64,000 nt of DNA from Escherichia coli (GTDB taxonomy: Bacteria > Pseudomonadota > Gammaproteobacteria > Enterobacterales > Enterobacteriaceae), in the NCBI RefSeq assembly GCF_009931435.1, contig NZ_CP043414.1; one strand, written 5' to 3'. The notes beneath the pieces are model-generated. The model was given only the letters and a program-made list of their open reading frames with translations. It made no database searches and was not told where the DNA came from. The position numbers and the translations under genes are program-made. The stretch's first letter is position 1; each line of letters begins with the position of its first letter. Shown here piece by piece: positions 41,759-50,028 of the stretch.

Positions 41759-42330
41759 TGAAAATAATCGACATAAAGGCGATGAAATACCTGGAAGACG
41801 GGTCTGTTTCCTGTGAAGTGTTGTTTGGAGGGCGGGCTGATTATATTCCTTATCGTGCAGTGGAAAATGATTCTGCTGCATCAGGCCAGCGGGTATGGGG
41901 AACACTGATGAGCGGTGAGTTTGGTGAAATCATCCCCTTCACTGTAACAGCAGAGATGCTGGACAAAGAAAAAGAACTGAAAAAAGAGGAAATCAGGCGC
42001 TGGCGAACAGAACAGGAGGCGCAGCCGTTCACATTCGAATGGAACAGCAGCACATGGAATGGAGGAAAATCCTCACTGGAACGCTTATTCCCGGCAGTGA
42101 TGGCAGCAAAATCTGGTGTGGCACACAATGCCACAGTATGGAGTGATGCAAATAACCAACAAATTAAATTGTCACAACAAAAGCTGGAAGAACTACTTAC
42201 GGCAATGGTGCAGGCTCAGGCTGCACGCAACGATGAGATTTACCTGCGCCAGCGTGAGATGAAAAACACGCTGGCCACACTGAATAACATTGCTGCAATT
42301 AGGGCATTTCAGGTGGGCAAAGCAGAATGA
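41758..42330 (+). CDS. Tail fibre assembly chaperone 2 (190 aa, start at MKIIDIKAMKY)
   Basis: Downstream of fibre 2; internal Met coupled to fibre stop. Confidence 0.65.
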   Translation: MKIIDIKAMKYLEDGSVSCEVLFGGRADYIPYRAVENDSAASGQRVWGTLMSGEFGEIIPFTVTAEMLDKEKELKKEEIRRWRTEQEAQPFTFEWNSSTWNGGKSSLERLFPAVMAAKSGVAHNATVWSDANNQQIKLSQQKLEELLTAMVQAQAARNDEIYLRQREMKNTLATLNNIAAIRAFQVGKAE

Positions 42331-43040
42331 AATGGAAAGAGGTAATTTTACGTCCGTCTGCCATAAACATTAAATGTTCTGTGGTTTGTCTTCATCCGTG
42401 GTCAGAAAATACCGGAAACATCAAACCATCGGGGCGTTATCTCAGCCCCGAAAATGCTGTATCTGCACTTTTACCCTACCTGAAAGAAAGCACAGAAAAA
42501 GACATTGTGGCGCTGTTGTTTTGCGCTCCTTCTGCTGGCGAGTTTTTATCACTCGCCAGGCAATTTTCAGGCGCATTTCCATTGCCAGAGGTGGGGCGAA
42601 TGTCCCGCATGATTTCCAGTCAACTTTCACTGGCCATCAGCAGAATGCAAATCCCCGCCAGACCGGCAACATCACTTCCGGAACCGATAATGCTGTCGAC
42701 ACAGACCACTCGCAGCATGTCGCTGGCAGCAACCATTGCACAGGCAGCCACTCCTGCCGCCACATCACCGGAAACATTGTCATCATCGCTGCATCAGTTC
42801 ATGAATGCGAGAGATAAAGCCTTACAGGAAATCGCTGATCAGCAGGCCGCACTCCGGCAAAAAGTTTGCCCGGTGTGGCGCTTTTGCTACAAGGGAGCCC
42901 TTAGCCAGGCTGCAGTGCTGATACAAAAAAACATCCCACACCCCGAGTGGGTTTTTACAGCTGTGATGCTGTTCGTCGGCGATAATCTCTCATCACTAAG
43001 GGAAGCACTACATGACCCAGATGATTGTCCTTGCGCTTGA
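42327..43040 (+). CDS. Hypothetical protein (237 aa), function unknown
   Basis: Translationally coupled ORF between fibre chaperone and baseplate/spike genes. Confidence 0.5.
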   Translation: MKWKEVILRPSAINIKCSVVCLHPWSENTGNIKPSGRYLSPENAVSALLPYLKESTEKDIVALLFCAPSAGEFLSLARQFSGAFPLPEVGRMSRMISSQLSLAISRMQIPARPATSLPEPIMLSTQTTRSMSLAATIAQAATPAATSPETLSSSLHQFMNARDKALQEIADQQAALRQKVCPVWRFCYKGALSQAAVLIQKNIPHPEWVFTAVMLFVGDNLSSLREALHDPDDCPCA

Positions 43041-43587
43041 CGGGGAAGCCATTCTGCTGCGTAACATCACCGTCAGCGCCACCATGCAACTACCGGACAA
43101 AGATATGTCCGGACAGTCAACCAGCACCACGAGCGCCCAGCAGGGAAACAAGGCTAAAGAGCTGCGCGTGTCGGGGGTTATTGATTTTAACGATGAAGCT
43201 ATTCTGACCCGTATTTTTCAGCTTGCGGAGGCAACAGAAAGCAACGGTGCTAAAAAAACATATCGCATTGCTAACGCTACCGCGAAGGCAATCAATATGC
43301 GACAGGGGGTGTTTTCTGGTGGCATTGATGCCACGGAACAACAGGGAAAAATGCACTGGCAGATCACCTTTACTCTCAGGGAAAAATTAAGCGTGCCAGA
43401 GAAAGCATCCGCACGCAGCGGTTCGCAGAAAACCATCGCCAGACAGCAGACCCAGAATGGCAGCGAACAGGTACCAGACAAAGGCATGAATACGCAAAGT
43501 TCGTTCTGGAAAAAAATCAATGATGCCGTTGGCTCTGGTCTGGATGCTGTTGGCATCGGGAGCGTGAAAGAGGAAGGGAAAACATGA
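43012..43587 (+). CDS. Hypothetical tail/baseplate-associated protein (191 aa)
   Basis: AAGGGA RBS; coupled to downstream spike gene. Confidence 0.5.
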   Translation: MTQMIVLALDGEAILLRNITVSATMQLPDKDMSGQSTSTTSAQQGNKAKELRVSGVIDFNDEAILTRIFQLAEATESNGAKKTYRIANATAKAINMRQGVFSGGIDATEQQGKMHWQITFTLREKLSVPEKASARSGSQKTIARQQTQNGSEQVPDKGMNTQSSFWKKINDAVGSGLDAVGIGSVKEEGKT

Positions 43588-45281
43588 AATTGATACAACG
43601 CTGCATGATTAATGGCGAACGGGTGGAAATTGCCGATATAAGCCTTGTTCTTACCCTGAATGCTGCCGGTCGTGGCTTCATTTCTGTTAACAATCTGTCA
43701 CCCGAACACAGCCTTGCCGGCGCAATGGTACAAATTGATCTCGGCCGTGACGGTGAAGCATGGCGCTATTTCTCCGGCTACATTGAGCGCGATCAACCTG
43801 CTGAAAATGGCTCACGTCGCCTTTTTATTCGTGAAGCGGCTGCTGTGCTGGATTTTGATTTCCCTTGCTCCATGCAACACCCGACGTTGCGGGGGGTACT
43901 CGATAATCTGGGGCGACAAAGCGGTATCGTTTTTATCACTCCGGATGCGGATTATGCCAGTATACCAACTCCCTACATCACCCACAGCGGCAGCGGAGCA
44001 CAACTGCTCAGCCAACTGGGGCGAGCATTCAGTATCAGCGATTACGTCTGGCACCCTATGCCGGACGGTTCTGTATTTGTGGGAAGCGCAGCTGATTCAC
44101 GATTTGCCAGTATTACAATGCCGGATATTCCGCAACAGTACACACTCGGGCAAAGCGGCGGAAACAGCATCGACATCATGTTTATGGAAACTGTGCGACC
44201 GGGCGTGAACCTACCGGCCGGGCGCATTACCCGTGTAGCCCTCAACAACGAGAAAATGACCCTGACATGGGAGCGCCTTACCGCCACGGGTACCCCTGTT
44301 TCCAAATCACCATTACGCAGACAAATGGAAACACAGTTCCCAGAACTGGCCAGCGGTACGCTACATACCCGGCTGGCGCGCGTCATTGCGCCAACGGAGC
44401 CCACCACCCTGGGCGACGTGGCCGACAGTTTCCGCCCACGCTACGCCGTCGATGTGCAGTTGCTTGATGAGAACGGCAACGATAAAAGCGACACGCCCGT
44501 TTACCCGGCAGTACCGCTCCCCGTCCCCATGGCTGGCAGTGAGGCGGGATGTTTTGCCTACCCACCGGCAGGCACCATCGTGGAAATATCCAACATTGAA
44601 GGACGTCCGGACAAACCCGTTATCAGGCAAATCTTACCCGCTGGCCATAACCTGCCTGATGTAAAGCCCGGCGAACAGCTGCAGCAACAGCGCGCAGAAG
44701 TGTTTCAGCGCGTCACGACTGACGGAAGCTGGCACAGAGAAACCGATCAGCAAATCAGGGAGCATTCAGCCAGACGAACCATTAACAGCGATCAGGAAGA
44801 ACGCACAACAACAACCAGAACAACAACAGTACAGGCAAACGACATAACCAGCGTTCTGGGAACCAGCAAGCTGATGACAGGCCAGACAGAACACATTACT
44901 ACTGGTCATTATGCGATCGCAGCCGGTGAGCATATCCAGATGGTAGCGCAGGATTTGCTGACTAAACTCAAAGGGGCGACATCCACGATTGAGCGCGACC
45001 TTACTGAAAACGTGGGAGGCCGCAGAACATGCCGGGCGGACGGTGGTCTGGAGTTTACAGCCCCGACAGTATTTATTGGTCGCGGTGGCTCACGGGAAAA
45101 ATCCGGACTTAATCTGCTGACGTTGTTGATTGATATTCTGGATCTGGTTCAGTTGCTGGCCACACACACTGCAAACCACACCCACAGCAACACCGGCGCA
45201 CCAACAAACAACAGCGAACTTGCCGCAGACGCCAAACAGGCTACGAGCCTGCGCGAAAAATACGGTGACCTTATCGCCTGA
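43584..45281 (+). CDS. Baseplate central spike protein (gpV-like C-terminal domain)
   Basis: C-terminal THTANHTHSNTGAPT resembles the His-rich tip motif of P2 gpV as recalled; 565 aa. Confidence 0.55.
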   Translation: MKLIQRCMINGERVEIADISLVLTLNAAGRGFISVNNLSPEHSLAGAMVQIDLGRDGEAWRYFSGYIERDQPAENGSRRLFIREAAAVLDFDFPCSMQHPTLRGVLDNLGRQSGIVFITPDADYASIPTPYITHSGSGAQLLSQLGRAFSISDYVWHPMPDGSVFVGSAADSRFASITMPDIPQQYTLGQSGGNSIDIMFMETVRPGVNLPAGRITRVALNNEKMTLTWERLTATGTPVSKSPLRRQMETQFPELASGTLHTRLARVIAPTEPTTLGDVADSFRPRYAVDVQLLDENGNDKSDTPVYPAVPLPVPMAGSEAGCFAYPPAGTIVEISNIEGRPDKPVIRQILPAGHNLPDVKPGEQLQQQRAEVFQRVTTDGSWHRETDQQIREHSARRTINSDQEERTTTTRTTTVQANDITSVLGTSKLMTGQTEHITTGHYAIAAGEHIQMVAQDLLTKLKGATSTIERDLTENVGGRRTCRADGGLEFTAPTVFIGRGGSREKSGLNLLTLLIDILDLVQLLATHTANHTHSNTGAPTNNSELAADAKQATSLREKYGDLIA

Positions 45282-45880
45282 TCACCGGGCATACCCCCCC
45301 ATAAACGCCCATCACGCAACGCACGGCTCCGGTCGTGCGTTTTCATATCTGCCACCTGATTAATGCGTTCTGCGTGCCATTCTGGCGCTGTATGCGCACA
45401 CCGCGTAAACGGTGTGACGTAAAGCGTGAGGTGACGTAAACCGCGCTACCCCCTCCAACCCGCGGGTTTCGTGTCGAAACAGTTTTTCAGTTTTCTGCCG
45501 TGCAAAAATGACCGCCAGCCCGCGCAGCAACTGAGGGAAAAGCGAAGATCTGAAATTTCACGCTTTGAAATTTTTTGCAGTTTTCAAAGTGGTTTTTACG
45601 ATCGCACAAATGGCCGGAGCAATAAAACCGCATGATATTAAAAGAGTTTTCATACTTTACGCGAGACAAAAAAACGATCACGAAAGGATCGCATCAAACA
45701 GCCATCAAACAAAGAAGGCAGACACGGCGCGGCCTGCACAAAATTAAGCTCCAAAATAAAACTGAAAAAAAGGATCGCAACAAGAAGAAAAGCGCGTAAA
45801 ACGATCGCTGCTGATGTGGCGTTTCTTTATACAAGCTGCTATTTGCGATATGCTGAACACATCAACCTGTGGAGTGCATT

Positions 45881-46507
45881 ATGAAACGAAAATCAAAGTC
45901 TGCTGCCATTGCTGCTATTACTACAGCTCTGACAGCATCACTGGCTCCGGTGCCAGCTAAAAGCACGATACTACCAACAACAGTTATTGAATCCGCGACA
46001 CACGCCAGAGTGGTTTCAATGCTTACATTTGAGCATCATGATGGTCAGGTGTTTCTGCCTCTCGAAGAAGCTATTGAATATATCAACGGGCTGAATGACA
46101 ACATGCGCGCCGCGCTCAATGCAGTCATTGAAGAACGACAGAACAGAGGCAAGGGAGCACTGTTTACTGACAAAACCGCAAAAATCATAAAAATATGCGA
46201 AGAGTCAATTAAGCAGCACACCCGTGTTAAAGAGGCTGTCAAAATTGTAATGGATCCGGATAACCTGGCAAAAATGTATCCGGATAGCCTGGAGCAAAGA
46301 ATCGCCTATCGCAATAAACTGGTTCGTTTTGGTCGGGCAATTGCGCAGGGAGAGTTTATCGCTCGTGATGCCATCAACACCATCAAACGAAGCACCGCAC
46401 CAGACAAAACAACCAGCCTGGGCAATACGCTGTCTGACGGAAATGTGAAAGCAATGATTATTGCCGAGCATAAAAACATGGGACTCCCGGCACCGGAGTT
46501 TTCCTGA
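45881..46507 (+). CDS. Hypothetical protein (208 aa) with signal-peptide-like N-terminus, coupled to the YafO-like gene
   Basis: GGAG RBS before MKRKSK; N-region/hydrophobic stretch MKRKSKSAAIAAITTALTASLAPVPA; TGATG overlap with next gene. Confidence 0.6.
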   Translation: MKRKSKSAAIAAITTALTASLAPVPAKSTILPTTVIESATHARVVSMLTFEHHDGQVFLPLEEAIEYINGLNDNMRAALNAVIEERQNRGKGALFTDKTAKIIKICEESIKQHTRVKEAVKIVMDPDNLAKMYPDSLEQRIAYRNKLVRFGRAIAQGEFIARDAINTIKRSTAPDKTTSLGNTLSDGNVKAMIIAEHKNMGLPAPEFS

Positions 46508-46887
46508 TGGCAAGCAAAGTAAGCATTCATAAAGATGTTGAATACCAGGACATTGCAAAAGTTTACGGAAAGGCTCTGGAAAACTGGTTAAATACCGGTG
46601 TTCTCCCTGACAGATTCGGCAATGAAGGGCAGTGGGAAGATAACGCAAGATTATGTGGTTCGTTTGTATATAAATTACACATAAGACTACCGTCAGAACC
46701 ACCATGGAAGAAAAGCAAAGCCCAAATAGACAGAACTTCAAATATCTATCTGGTTTATACAAGGCACTGGATGGATTATGACAATATACAAATCATCAGC
46801 ATCATGGCCCCAGATGCTCACGAAAAAGCCAAAACTTCTTTCATGGCTGAACTGGAAAGACGGGCTGAAGAATTCCAGAACTCATAA
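46507..46887 (+). CDS. YafO-family toxin-like protein (126 aa)
   Basis: Blocks GVLPDRFGNEG, HIRL, YLVYTR and C-terminal ISIMAPDAHEKAK...AEEF resemble E. coli YafO as I recall it. Confidence 0.55.
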   Translation: MASKVSIHKDVEYQDIAKVYGKALENWLNTGVLPDRFGNEGQWEDNARLCGSFVYKLHIRLPSEPPWKKSKAQIDRTSNIYLVYTRHWMDYDNIQIISIMAPDAHEKAKTSFMAELERRAEEFQNS

Positions 46888-46907
46888 ATTGCCTGATTTT
46901 CTCTCAG

Positions 46908-46942
46908 AAACCCGCAGCGTAAAAACTGTGGGTTTTCTTTTT
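46908..46942 (+). terminator. Rho-independent terminator after the YafO-like operon
   Basis: Hairpin aaacccgcag...ctgtgggttt followed by T-run. Confidence 0.65.
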
Positions 46943-47178
46943 GCTACCCTGATACGTGAGGGTAGCACTCAAAGTGAGGCAATATGTAGGCAACCTATTT
47001 AATACGTAAAAATTAATGCATTAAATGGATATTTACTAGCATGGGTACTGGCTTAAAATATCACAACCCTGTTTTATAACGTACTGAATTTATTAGGTGT
47101 GACGGTTTTCCAATGGGGCTTCCGACATTACGTTCAGCTGATGCTTTTCTTATGTAACGAGAAGACATATATTGGTAA

Positions 47179-47234
47179 GCGATGAAGCGATGAAGCGATG
47201 AAGCGATGAAGCGATGAAGCGATGAAGCGATGTA
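47179..47234. repeat. Octanucleotide tandem repeat (GCGATGAA) x6 plus one degenerate unit, flanked by ATGTAACG
   Basis: Directly visible; about 95 bp upstream of the ATPase start codon. Confidence 0.95.
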
Positions 47235-47251
47235 ACGTCTGTTTGGTTATA

Positions 47252-47296
47252 AACTTCACACTAATAATTTCTAAATGAAATTATTAGTGTGAAGTT
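47252..47296. promoter_or_regulatory. 20-bp perfect inverted repeat (aacttcacactaataatttc / gaaattattagtgtgaagtt, 5-nt spacer): candidate operator or 5'-UTR hairpin
   Basis: Perfect palindrome ending 34 bp upstream of the ATPase ATG; RBS AAGGAA follows. Confidence 0.6.
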
Positions 47297-47329
47297 GATG
47301 TTTATTGTGATTATAACTAAGGAATTAAA

Positions 47330-48799
47330 ATGAAATTATCTCCAGCAGAATTGAAGTTAGAAAGGGGTAAGGTTCAAGATAATAAATTCAATCAATATGT
47401 TAAACGTATCACATTAAAAAATGTCAGAGGGTTTGATGAGGAAATTGTGGAGTTTAAAACACCAGTTACAGCTCTTATCGGGACTAATGGTGGAGGGAAG
47501 TCGACTATATTAGGTGCTGTAGCTCTCGCTTATAAAAATGTTAAGCCAAGCAAGTTTTTCCCTAAATCATTTTATGGGGATGATTCAATGAGTGATTGGG
47601 AAATTGGATTCGAATTGATTGACAAGCCTATTTCAAAAGATAAAAATATTAACAGGACTGCAAAATTTAAACAGATGAAATGGCGCAGAGATAATTTCCC
47701 AGAGCGAAATGTTGTATATGTAGAAATACAAAGAACTGTTCCTGCAGGCGAACTAACTAAGTTTAATAAATTTTTATCTGGCGATGCTAAACAATTTGAA
47801 GAAAAAAATCTCAACCCTGAGACAATAAAATATTGCTCTGCCGTTTTAGATAAAAAGATAGAAGATTACAGATGTATAATAAATAAGCACGATCCATCTT
47901 CAAGAATGTTTGTAGGTAAGGCAATTAATGGTTCTGGTTATTCTCAGTTCCATTTTGGTGCAGGTGAAGCATCAATAATAGATACTATTGATAGAATAGA
48001 GACTGCTGCTGATAATTCTCTTGTTTTAATTGAAGAAATTGAAAATGGACTGCATCCTGTTGCAGTGCGGTTGTTTGTTAACTATTTGACAAATGTAGCA
48101 AAGAGGAAAAAGCTGCAAATAATATTTACAACACATTCGCAGGATGCAGTAAACGAGCTAGAGCCAGAAGCTGTTTGGGCTTCTATTAACAAAAAAGTAT
48201 GGAATGGTAAACTAAGTATTGAAAGTTTACGCGCTATAACGGGACAGAAGATAAATTCGAAAGTTATATATGTTGAAGATTCTTTTGCAAAAGAGTGGGT
48301 TGAAAATGCGATGGATCGATATATTCCAGAACTAGCCTCAACAATAAAAGTCTACACGGCAGGTGGTTACCCCAGCGTGGTTAAAGTAAGTCAATATCAT
48401 AATGAGAACCCTACTATAAATTATCCATCAATCGCATTAGTTGATGGGGATATTAAAGGTAGACCCGGAACTAAAGATCTGCCTGATAATGCAATGTTCA
48501 TCGGGGATGATTATCCTGACGCTACGGTTTTTCATTATATTGCAAATAACATAGAAGAAAATGCCTCAGTTTTGAGGCAAAGATGTTTGTTAACAAGATT
48601 TGACGCTGAAAAGATTAAATCGGAAGTTGAGAGTGTGATGCATTCTGCATGTGATCACCATGTTTATTTTACTAGATTAAGTGATAAATTAGATTTTGCC
48701 TCAGAACTATTCATTCGAGCTGGTATGATAGATTTATTTAATGAGAAAAATCCAGAATTTTGGTCCCCAATTATGGACTTCATTAAAAAAGGTCTATAG
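47330..48799 (+). CDS. OLD-family-like ABC ATPase fused to Toprim/DUF4435-like domain (489 aa); candidate antiphage defence protein
   Basis: Walker A GTNGGGKST, Walker B LVLIEEIE, H-loop TTHS; C-terminal YVEDS (Glu) and ALVDGD (DxD); AT-rich gene. Confidence 0.65.
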   Translation: MKLSPAELKLERGKVQDNKFNQYVKRITLKNVRGFDEEIVEFKTPVTALIGTNGGGKSTILGAVALAYKNVKPSKFFPKSFYGDDSMSDWEIGFELIDKPISKDKNINRTAKFKQMKWRRDNFPERNVVYVEIQRTVPAGELTKFNKFLSGDAKQFEEKNLNPETIKYCSAVLDKKIEDYRCIINKHDPSSRMFVGKAINGSGYSQFHFGAGEASIIDTIDRIETAADNSLVLIEEIENGLHPVAVRLFVNYLTNVAKRKKLQIIFTTHSQDAVNELEPEAVWASINKKVWNGKLSIESLRAITGQKINSKVIYVEDSFAKEWVENAMDRYIPELASTIKVYTAGGYPSVVKVSQYHNENPTINYPSIALVDGDIKGRPGTKDLPDNAMFIGDDYPDATVFHYIANNIEENASVLRQRCLLTRFDAEKIKSEVESVMHSACDHHVYFTRLSDKLDFASELFIRAGMIDLFNEKNPEFWSPIMDFIKKGL

Positions 48800-48865
48800 T
48801 AATAATGCAAAAATATAATATTTAGTTTGCGATTTATATTTTTCATAATGAATTGTTGAGAAAAT

Positions 48866-48901
48866 AAGAGAGCATCGAAAATTGAGGCTCTCTTATTTTT
48901 A
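48866..48901 (+). terminator. Rho-independent terminator after the ATPase gene
   Basis: Hairpin aagagagc...gctctctt followed by T-run. Confidence 0.7.
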
Positions 48902-48959
48902 TGAGATATCTCTAATGTATTAATCGTTTTATTTTGGTGCTACCACCACTGATGCTAAC

Positions 48960-49346
48960 TTGTCGATCAGACATTCGCACTATTCAATATCTTTTAGGCT
49001 CCGCAATGAAAACGCCCCCGAAGGAACAATCCCCCGTCAATCGGTTGCCAAAGGCCATTTAGGTAAATCGCCTTCGAGGTCGTTCGATGGCTGCATGACG
49101 TTCCCGGTTATCCCGTCAAAGAAAATGCACTCGACCGGAAAACCAGAAGAACTAATGGCGGAGTTGGTCAGGACTGCGAATAGTGGCGGAACAGTCCTTG
49201 ATCCTTTTATGGGGCCAGGGACAACGGGTGTGGCTGCACTGAAAGCAGGGCGAAAATTTATTGGTATAGAGACCAGTGATCATTATTTTGAAGTAGCAGC
49301 ACAGCGACTTCGGGGGACTATTACCACAACCATTTCGACTACATAA
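48960..49346 (+). pseudogene. 3' fragment of a beta-class DNA methyltransferase gene (N6-adenine or N4-cytosine), N-terminally truncated
   Basis: HSTGKPEELMAEL and VLDPFMGPGTTGVAALKAGRKFIGIE (SAM-binding FxGxG) present; no catalytic DPPY region upstream. Confidence 0.6.
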
Positions 49347-49350
49347 GACA

Positions 49351-49378
49351 AAGCCCGCATTTTTGCGGGCTTGTATAT
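49351..49378 (+). terminator. Terminator hairpin after the methyltransferase remnant
   Basis: aagcccgca tttt tgcgggctt stem-loop. Confidence 0.6.
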
Positions 49379-49446
49379 CATTAGTGATGTGGACAGTTTG
49401 TGGATGTTTACAAGAAATAAGCTAATAGAAACAATTTGTTATCTTT

Positions 49447-49473
49447 ACAAAAAACGCGCCCGAAGGCGCGTTG
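49447..49473. repeat. attR: right copy of the 27-bp direct repeat; also the raiA terminator hairpin
   Basis: acaaaaaacgcgcccgaaggcgcgttg; perfect hairpin acgcgcc/ggcgcgt plus T-run on the raiA strand. Confidence 0.75.
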
Positions 49474-49495
49474 GCGATACACTCAATATAAAGGA

Positions 49496-49891
<396 letters not shown>

Positions 49892-50028
49892 TCAAAATGT
49901 GTGATGGAAATCTCATAATTTTGTCACTTTTTGTCAACGAATCTTTTTTGTGAGAAATCGCAGGAAGAGGTGTTTTTTTACTTGAGGAATATCTCAAAGC
50001 GAGCCATATTTGATGAGATCGATAGTGA

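Larger units (their letters stand above)
11321..49473. mobile_element. P2-related myovirus prophage (~38 kb), probably intact
   Basis: Bounded by the direct repeats; contains integrase, repressor, replication, packaging, head, tail and lysis genes. Confidence 0.85.

Noticed and set aside
47179-47234. Tandem repeat array considered as a CRISPR array
   Set aside because: 8-bp units with no spacers; not CRISPR. Treated as a microsatellite.
46900-48799. Retron or type III toxin-antitoxin-like system (structured RNA plus ATPase-nuclease effector)
   Set aside because: No reverse transcriptase gene is present anywhere in the window, and the 8-bp repeat units are far shorter than ToxI-type antitoxin repeats; kept only as a regulatory-element hypothesis.
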